NCBI GenBank assembly: GCA_030754995.1
Contig: JASLZG010000002.1
Location: 11,867-51,663, forward strand
Source: Lentisphaeria bacterium
GTDB taxonomy: Bacteria > Verrucomicrobiota > Lentisphaeria > JABSQK01 > CAJWLW01
Length of the DNA: 39,797 nucleotides
Direction of reading: 5' to 3'
Position 1 is the first letter of the stretch; the number at the start of each line of letters is the position of its first letter. Made by a program: the position numbers and the translations under genes. The notes beneath the pieces are model-generated. The model was not told where the DNA came from. It ran no database searches and saw only the letters and a program-made list of their open reading frames with translations. Shown here one piece after another: positions 34,256 to 39,797 of the stretch.

Positions 34256-37200
34256 TCATGACGCTTTTTCGACGGGCTCGGTTGCACCGCTCTGGGCCCG
34301 GCCGCAGCATTTTTTGTACTTTTTGCCGCTGCCGCAGGGACACGGTTCGTTGCGGCCGACCTTGGCCACCTGGCGGCGAATCGGCGCCGGCTTGGGCCGT
34401 GGCATCGGCGCCTCGCCCGGACTGCCGTCGCTCTCGGTCTGAACCTGGCCCTGGCCGGCATCGAACTGGCCAAGCATGCGGTGCACTTCCTGCTGCGGCA
34501 GGGAGGACAGCAATTCCCGGAACGACTCGATGCTCATGGTCGAGCGGAACATGTTGCTGCAAATCTTCTCGGTAATCTGGTTGAGTAAACCGCCGAACAT
34601 CTCGAACGCCTCGCGCTTGTACTCGACAACCGGGTCACGCTGCGCGTGGGACCATTGGTAAATGCCTTCCTGCAGCGCGTCCATCGCAAACAAGTGCTCC
34701 TGCCACTGCTCGTCGTGGGCGCTGAGCATGATGTGCCGCTCGTTGCGGACGCGGTCCTCCGGCGTCTGGTCGCGAACCTTGGCGTTGTAGGCAATCTCGA
34801 TTTTGTCAGCCAGGCGCGAGATAATCTGTTCGCGGTCATACTTGCCCTTCACTTCGAGGTCTTCCTCGACAAAGGTGATCGGCAGTGTCGTGTTCAGCCA
34901 GTTCAACATCTGCATGGTGTCGAACGGGCTGTCCTCATCGAGATGCAAAGCTTCTGCCTCGCAGTGCTCCATGCGGCTGTACAAAACGTCGTCGACAAAG
35001 TCGAAAAGCAGTTCCTGGGAATCGTCGGCCTTGAGAATTTCATAGCGCCGGTTGTAGATCACTTCGCGCTGCTTGTTCATGACGTCGTCGAATTTGAGCA
35101 CCTGCTTGCGCTGGGCGAAGTGGCGCTGCTCGATCTTGCGCTGCGCCCCTTCCACCGACCGGTTGAGCAGCGGATGCGACAACTCCTCACCGTCCTCCAT
35201 GCCAAAGCGGTCCATGAGTTTGGCGATACGGTCGGAGCCGAACAGGCGCATGAGGTTGTCCTGCAGGGAAATGTAAAATCGCGAGGAACCCGGATCGCCC
35301 TGGCGCGCACAACGGCCTCGCAACTGCCGGTCGATGCGGCGCGAATCATGGCGCTCACTGCCGATGACATGCAGGCCGCCAATCTCCTTGACGCCTTCGC
35401 CCAGGCGGATGTCGGTGCCGCGGCCCGCCATGTTCGTGGCAATCGTGACGGCGCCGTGCTGGCCGGCGCGGGCGACGATCTCGGCTTCGTGCAGGTGGTT
35501 CTTGGCGTTCAGGACATTGTGGGTGATCCGATCAGCCCGCAGCATGCGGCTGAGTTTCTCGGAGACCTCGACGGAAATAGTGCCGAGCAGAACCGGTTGC
35601 CCCTGCTGATTACATTCCTTGATTTCGCGGATGATCGCCGCGTACTTCTCCCGCTGGGTCTTGAAGATGAGGTCGTTGCAATCGTTGCGGACGCATTCGC
35701 GATTGGTCGGCACGACGAGGACGTCAAGATTGTAAATCTCCTTGAACTCCATCGCCTCGGTATCGGCGGTGCCGGTCATGCCGGCGAGCTTCTCGTACAT
35801 GCGGAAATAGTTCTGGACCGTCACCGTCGCCAGGGTCTGGGTCTCGCGCTCGATCTCGACGCCTTCCTTGGCTTCCAGCGCTTGGTGCAACCCTTCGTTG
35901 AAGCGGCGGCCGGGCATGGCGCGGCCGGTGTTTTCATCGACGATAATCACCTTGTTGTCCTGGACGATGTACCGCTCGTCGCGTTCGAAGAGGCTGTAGG
36001 CGCGCAGGAGCTGGGAGATGTTGTGGATCATCTCGCTGCGTTCGTCGAAGAGGGTCTGGCGTTGTTTGCGCCGCTCGATTTTCTCCTCGGCCGCCAGTGA
36101 TTCGTTGCTCTCGATCTCCTGGAAATCGGTGGCCAGGTCGGGCAGCAGGAAGGCATCGGGATCATCGGAACGCAAGGTGCTGCGGCCGAGCTCGCTGAGA
36201 TCGGCATCACCGGCACGCTCGTCGATCATGAAGAACAGCGATTCCTTGACCTCCTGGAACAAGGCCCGATTCTGGTCGCTGCGTACCTGCAATTCGAGTT
36301 TCTCTATGCGACGCAGGTGCTCCGGGTCCTCGAGCAGGCGCATGAGCTGCTTGTGCTTGGGCATGCCGAGCCTGACTTTGAAGGCATCCATGTAGGCATC
36401 TTCGACAGCGTCGGGATCGCTGTTTTCGTCGAGGATCACCTTCTTGGCATCGTTGATCAACCGCGTGCAGAGCTGGTACTGCTGCTTGTACAGCTTTTCG
36501 ACATCGGGCTTGAGTTTGTCATAACGATGGGTCGACACGGCGCTGGGGCCCGAAATGATCAGCGGCGTGCGGGCTTCGTCGATGAGGATGCTGTCGATCT
36601 CGTCGATGATGACATAGAAGTAATCGCGCTGCACCAACTGCTCGGGGTCGGAGGCCATGCCCATGTCCCGGAGGTAGTCGAAGCCGAACTCGCTGCTGGT
36701 GCCGTAGGTGATATCGCAGTTGTACTGTTCGCGGCGCTCGGCCGGGGCCATGCTGTTCTGAATGCAGCCGACAGTGAGCCCGAGCCAGATGAGCACAGAC
36801 CCGACCCATTCGGCGTCGCGCCGGGCGAGGTAATCATTGACGGTGATCAGCTGGCAGTTATTGCCGGTCAGTGCGTTGAGGTATAGCGGCATAACCGCAA
36901 CCAGGGTTTTGCCTTCACCGGTCTGCATTTCCGCGATGGTGGCCTGGTGCAGGGCAATGCCGCCGATGAGCTGGACGTCGTAAGGTATCATCTCCCATTC
37001 GATATCCTGCCCGGTGACGTTGACCATGGTGCCGACCATGCGGCGGCACGTGTTCTTGACGGCGGCGAAAGCTTCGGGCAGCAACTCGTCGGTGGATTCG
37101 CCGTTGCCCAGGCGTTCCCGGAATTCAACCGTCTTGGCGCGCAGATCGTCGTCGGAAAGTTTCTGGTATTCCTCTTCGTAACGGTTGATCTGCCGCACCA

Positions 37201-37270
37201 GCGGCAGCATCCGCTTGGCCGAACGGTCGTGCTTGGATCCGAACAGTCTTTTTAACACCCATTTGAGCAT
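34256..37270 (-). CDS. secA: Preprotein translocase ATPase SecA
   Basis: 1004 aa. It contains [13 protein letters not shown]..., the DEAD-like motor motifs and the C-terminal zinc motif [14 protein letters not shown]. Confidence 0.95.
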   Translation of the reverse strand: MLKWVLKRLFGSKHDRSAKRMLPLVRQINRYEEEYQKLSDDDLRAKTVEFRERLGNGESTDELLPEAFAAVKNTCRRMVGTMVNVTGQDIEWEMIPYDVQLIGGIALHQATIAEMQTGEGKTLVAVMPLYLNALTGNNCQLITVNDYLARRDAEWVGSVLIWLGLTVGCIQNSMAPAERREQYNCDITYGTSSEFGFDYLRDMGMASDPEQLVQRDYFYVIIDEIDSILIDEARTPLIISGPSAVSTHRYDKLKPDVEKLYKQQYQLCTRLINDAKKVILDENSDPDAVEDAYMDAFKVRLGMPKHKQLMRLLEDPEHLRRIEKLELQVRSDQNRALFQEVKESLFFMIDERAGDADLSELGRSTLRSDDPDAFLLPDLATDFQEIESNESLAAEEKIERRKQRQTLFDERSEMIHNISQLLRAYSLFERDERYIVQDNKVIIVDENTGRAMPGRRFNEGLHQALEAKEGVEIERETQTLATVTVQNYFRMYEKLAGMTGTADTEAMEFKEIYNLDVLVVPTNRECVRNDCNDLIFKTQREKYAAIIREIKECNQQGQPVLLGTISVEVSEKLSRMLRADRITHNVLNAKNHLHEAEIVARAGQHGAVTIATNMAGRGTDIRLGEGVKEIGGLHVIGSERHDSRRIDRQLRGRCARQGDPGSSRFYISLQDNLMRLFGSDRIAKLMDRFGMEDGEELSHPLLNRSVEGAQRKIEQRHFAQRKQVLKFDDVMNKQREVIYNRRYEILKADDSQELLFDFVDDVLYSRMEHCEAEALHLDEDSPFDTMQMLNWLNTTLPITFVEEDLEVKGKYDREQIISRLADKIEIAYNAKVRDQTPEDRVRNERHIMLSAHDEQWQEHLFAMDALQEGIYQWSHAQRDPVVEYKREAFEMFGGLLNQITEKICSNMFRSTMSIESFRELLSSLPQQEVHRMLGQFDAGQGQVQTESDGSPGEAPMPRPKPAPIRRQVAKVGRNEPCPCGSGKKYKKCCGRAQSGATEPVEKAS

Positions 37271-37637
37271 GGGAACATCATCCTGGATTGTGAACCGTAG
37301 GCGGTGTGATCGGTGTCCAGCATAAATCCCACGTTGAGACCGGTCACCGTGTCTGGAGTTCTTCTTTCAGTTTCAGGATAAGGATAGTGAACTGACCAAC
37401 CCATACTATAGCGGCTGATCCGGCTCACTGCTATGGCTGATCGACGGCGCAAATCCATATCGGGCGGCAGTTCCCCCGTGGGGCCGGGGCGCATATTCTT
37501 CCAGCTGGCCAGGCATGCCCGGTCCCACACGGGGGCATGCCGCTGCAGATCGGACCGGTGTAAATCGAGAGTGCAGCCAAAACTTTGGCGACGCTACGGC
37601 GGGGTTGCCGGGCGGGACACGATCGAAAAGTACAAAG

Positions 37638-38459
37638 TCATTTCGGCGCCGGCCCTTCGCCCATTAGCTGGAGGAAAGGCAGATCGCCGGGGGTGAACGC
37701 CTGCAGTTCGGCTTCGTCGTAAAACACCTGCTCGAGGAACAGGCCCTGCGGCGGCGCAGTGTCAAATCCCGCGTTCCGCTCGCCGGCGTCACGAATCCTG
37801 GCGGTGTGTCCGGCGTCCAGTTGCCCGCGACCGACGGCGACGAGAAATCCGACGAGCCGGCGCACCATCTTGTACAGGAACGAGTCGCCGACGACAGTCA
37901 CCAACAGGAAGCGTCCGTGCTCGCGCATGTCCAGGCGGGTCAACGTCTTTACCGGCGTGCATCCAGGGTCGTCGGAGGTCGCCGAAAATGTCGTGAAATC
38001 GTACCTCCCGACCAGCTGTTTCGCAGCTGCGCCCATGGCGTGGATATCGAAGGCCGCGGGGCGGATCCAGCAATACCGCGGCACGAACGGCGACTGCAGC
38101 TCGCCGCGATGCAGCACGTAGGTGTAGCATTTGCCGACGGCGTCGTGGCGCGCGTGGAAACCGTCGGGCATGACCTCGGTGGCAAGCAGCCGGATATCCG
38201 GCGGCAGCATCTGGCGCAGGGCACGATGGGCATCGGTGGCCGGGATTGGCGACTTCGGCGGCGGGTGAAACGTGGCGACCTGGCAGAGGGCATGCACGCC
38301 GGAGTCCGTACGGCTGCAGCCGGCGACGGTCACCTCGGCCTGGAAGAGGCGCGACAGGCAGTCGTGGAGGCGGCCCTGAACGGTTTGGTCCGCCGGCTGT
38401 ATCTGCCAGCCGGCATAGGCGGTGCCGTCGTAGGCAATAGTGAAACGCCAGTTGGCCAT
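37638..38459 (-). CDS. truA: tRNA pseudouridine(38-40) synthase
   Basis: It contains WRFTIAYDGTAYAGWQIQP and the catalytic RTDSGVHA. 273 aa. Confidence 0.9.
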   Translation of the reverse strand: MANWRFTIAYDGTAYAGWQIQPADQTVQGRLHDCLSRLFQAEVTVAGCSRTDSGVHALCQVATFHPPPKSPIPATDAHRALRQMLPPDIRLLATEVMPDGFHARHDAVGKCYTYVLHRGELQSPFVPRYCWIRPAAFDIHAMGAAAKQLVGRYDFTTFSATSDDPGCTPVKTLTRLDMREHGRFLLVTVVGDSFLYKMVRRLVGFLVAVGRGQLDAGHTARIRDAGERNAGFDTAPPQGLFLEQVFYDEAELQAFTPGDLPFLQLMGEGPAPK

Positions 38460-38486
38460 GGCAGATGCGGTTCGCGGCCCGGTCCG

Positions 38487-39203
38487 TCAGGTTTCGTAAT
38501 AGAGGAAGACGCCGCAATTCTCGCAGTTGATCAATTCGTCTTTCTTGACGCGGTTGACAACCTGCGGGGTCATCGTAAGGAAGCAGCCGCCGCAGTTGGT
38601 ATTCCGGATCGACACAACGGCTTTGGAGAATCCGTCGGGTAGTTTGGATCGCGCGATCAACCGGTTGTAGTGGGTCAGCAGCTCGGCGTTTACGCCGGTT
38701 GCCAGGGCGTCGCGCTCACTGGTTATTTTTTCGACCTGTGCCTGGCAGTTCTTCTCGCGCACATCGAGGTCCTTGATGGCCGCCTCGATGCGGGCATGGC
38801 CGGCCTCGAACTCTTTTTCGGTGGCGGCGAATATTTCCTTGATTTTCTCGAGCTCTTCCCACATGGAGATCTGCTTGTCTTCAGCCGCGGCGATGTTTTT
38901 GTCGCAGCGTTCGATCTCGTTCATCAGGGCTTTGTACTCGTCGTTCTTCCTGACCTCGACGGATTGCTGCTGGAACTTGATCTTTTGCTCGTTTTCGTCA
39001 CTGATATCCATCTCGATCTGCTTGATCTTCGATTCAAGGTCCATAACGCTGCTCTTGACGGTTTCGAGCTGGTCCTCAGAGATCTGCAATTCATGACGCA
39101 CGCGTTCTTTTTCTGTGGGCACAGAGATGACCTGCTTCTTGAGATTGAAGATGCGCAGGTCCTTGTCTTGCAGCTCGAGCAGAAGTGCGTAATTGTCGTT
39201 CAT
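38487..39203 (-). CDS. Coiled-coil / C4 zinc-ribbon protein (COG1579, DUF164-like)
   Basis: GAGGA RBS before the ATG at 39203. A long coiled coil is followed by CGGC...N20...CENCG. It lies 27 nt upstream of truA. Confidence 0.8.
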   Translation of the reverse strand: MNDNYALLLELQDKDLRIFNLKKQVISVPTEKERVRHELQISEDQLETVKSSVMDLESKIKQIEMDISDENEQKIKFQQQSVEVRKNDEYKALMNEIERCDKNIAAAEDKQISMWEELEKIKEIFAATEKEFEAGHARIEAAIKDLDVREKNCQAQVEKITSERDALATGVNAELLTHYNRLIARSKLPDGFSKAVVSIRNTNCGGCFLTMTPQVVNRVKKDELINCENCGVFLYYET

Positions 39204-39452
39204 CACCAATCCTCGGTAATCAATCGCGGAAAACAGAGGCGATACCATATTGACCGGTCGTGTGAAGTCAAGGCGTGCGGTCATGCTGGCCGGCGCGGCG
39301 GTGGTTGTTTAGGAATTCCACCGGCCACAGGAATCGGCTCGAATGTCCGACAATCGCCGGCGGACAAAAAAAAACTGATCATTTCGGTCATTCCAATTTA
39401 CAAACGCGCACGCTGTATTACGTTATACACACATGTGAGGACGACAGTCCCA

Positions 39453-39480
39453 CCCCACCAGCCCAATAACCCCACCAGCC
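39453..39480 (+). repeat. Two copies of the 11-bp direct repeat CCCCACCAGCC with 17-bp periodicity
   Basis: Copies at 39453-39463 and 39470-39480, separated by CAATAA. They end immediately 5' of the RBS of the partial lipoprotein gene. Confidence 0.85.
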
Positions 39481-39499
39481 AAAGGCGGAGTCATCAAGT

Positions 39500-39797
39500 A
39501 TGATGCCAGCGTGTAACGTGTGGATATTGCGTCGGGTTTACGGATTTCTTGTGGTGTGTATGGGCCTTGGCGTTCTGTGCGGTTGCGGTCAACAGTCGAT
39601 CCCGGAACTTGTTTCGGACTCGTTGAAGCTGGCGGACGCCGGCGACGACGTGAGTTGGAACAAGGCGGTCGACAAGCTGGACCGGGCCATCGCGAGCGGC
39701 GGTGACAGCCAGCCATTGCAGATGTTTTATGCAATAGCCCTGGAGCGAACCGACAACGCGGCCGCGGCGATCGACATTGTCGAGGCGACGCAAAAGA
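39500..39797 (+). CDS. Partial (5' end only) probable lipoprotein
   Basis: This ORF is not in the supplied track because it is open at the window edge. AAAGGCGGAG lies about 10 nt before ATGATG at 39500. The peptide MMPACNVWILRRVYGFLVVCMGLGVLCGCGQQS has a lipobox-like LCGC. There is no stop codon through 39797. Confidence 0.5.
   Translation, partial: MMPACNVWILRRVYGFLVVCMGLGVLCGCGQQSIPELVSDSLKLADAGDDVSWNKAVDKLDRAIASGGDSQPLQMFYAIALERTDNAAAAIDIVEATQK

Noticed and set aside
37252-37530. A 92-aa upstream ORF overlapping the secA start, considered as a possible SecM-like leader peptide.
   Set aside because: It has a GTG start with no RBS, located inside the loop of a GC hairpin. Its composition is odd and Trp/Cys/Met-rich, and I can recognise no arrest motif. 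It is kept only as context for the secA-leader finding.

Overview
This is a high-GC bacterial chromosomal segment with about 31 protein-coding genes. I found no rRNA, tRNA or CRISPR array. A housekeeping backbone (guaB, asnS, rny, a 5-formyl-THF cyclo-ligase, rarA, secA, truA) runs mostly on the minus strand. Envelope and accessory modules are interleaved with it:

1. A secreted VIT+VWA protein ending in a GlyGly-CTERM-type sorting signal, translationally coupled to a rhombosortase-like rhomboid protease (408-3187).
2. A divergent acyl-CoA synthetase and MFS-like transporter pair.
3. A stand-alone response regulator whose phospho-acceptor Asp appears to be Asn, carrying a 4-Cys C-terminal module. 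It sits next to a visibly AT-rich non-coding island.
4. A XerC/D-type recombinase that carries a tandem duplication at its 5' end and a 67-bp insertion flanked by 17-bp direct repeats at its 3' end.
5. An ECF sigma factor.
6. The most system-like element: a tightly packed five-gene minus-strand cluster (15560-23450). It encodes a secreted protein, a PilM-PilN fusion, a bitopic coiled-coil protein resembling Akkermansia Amuc_1100, a PilP-position lipoprotein and a giant secretin. No pilin, ATPase or platform gene is visible in the window, and several internal in-frame tandem repeats are present.

The gene content (RNase Y, FloA, the Amuc_1100-like cluster) suggests a member of the PVC superphylum, but this is inference only. 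All homology statements come from reading the translated ORFs by eye; no searches were run.
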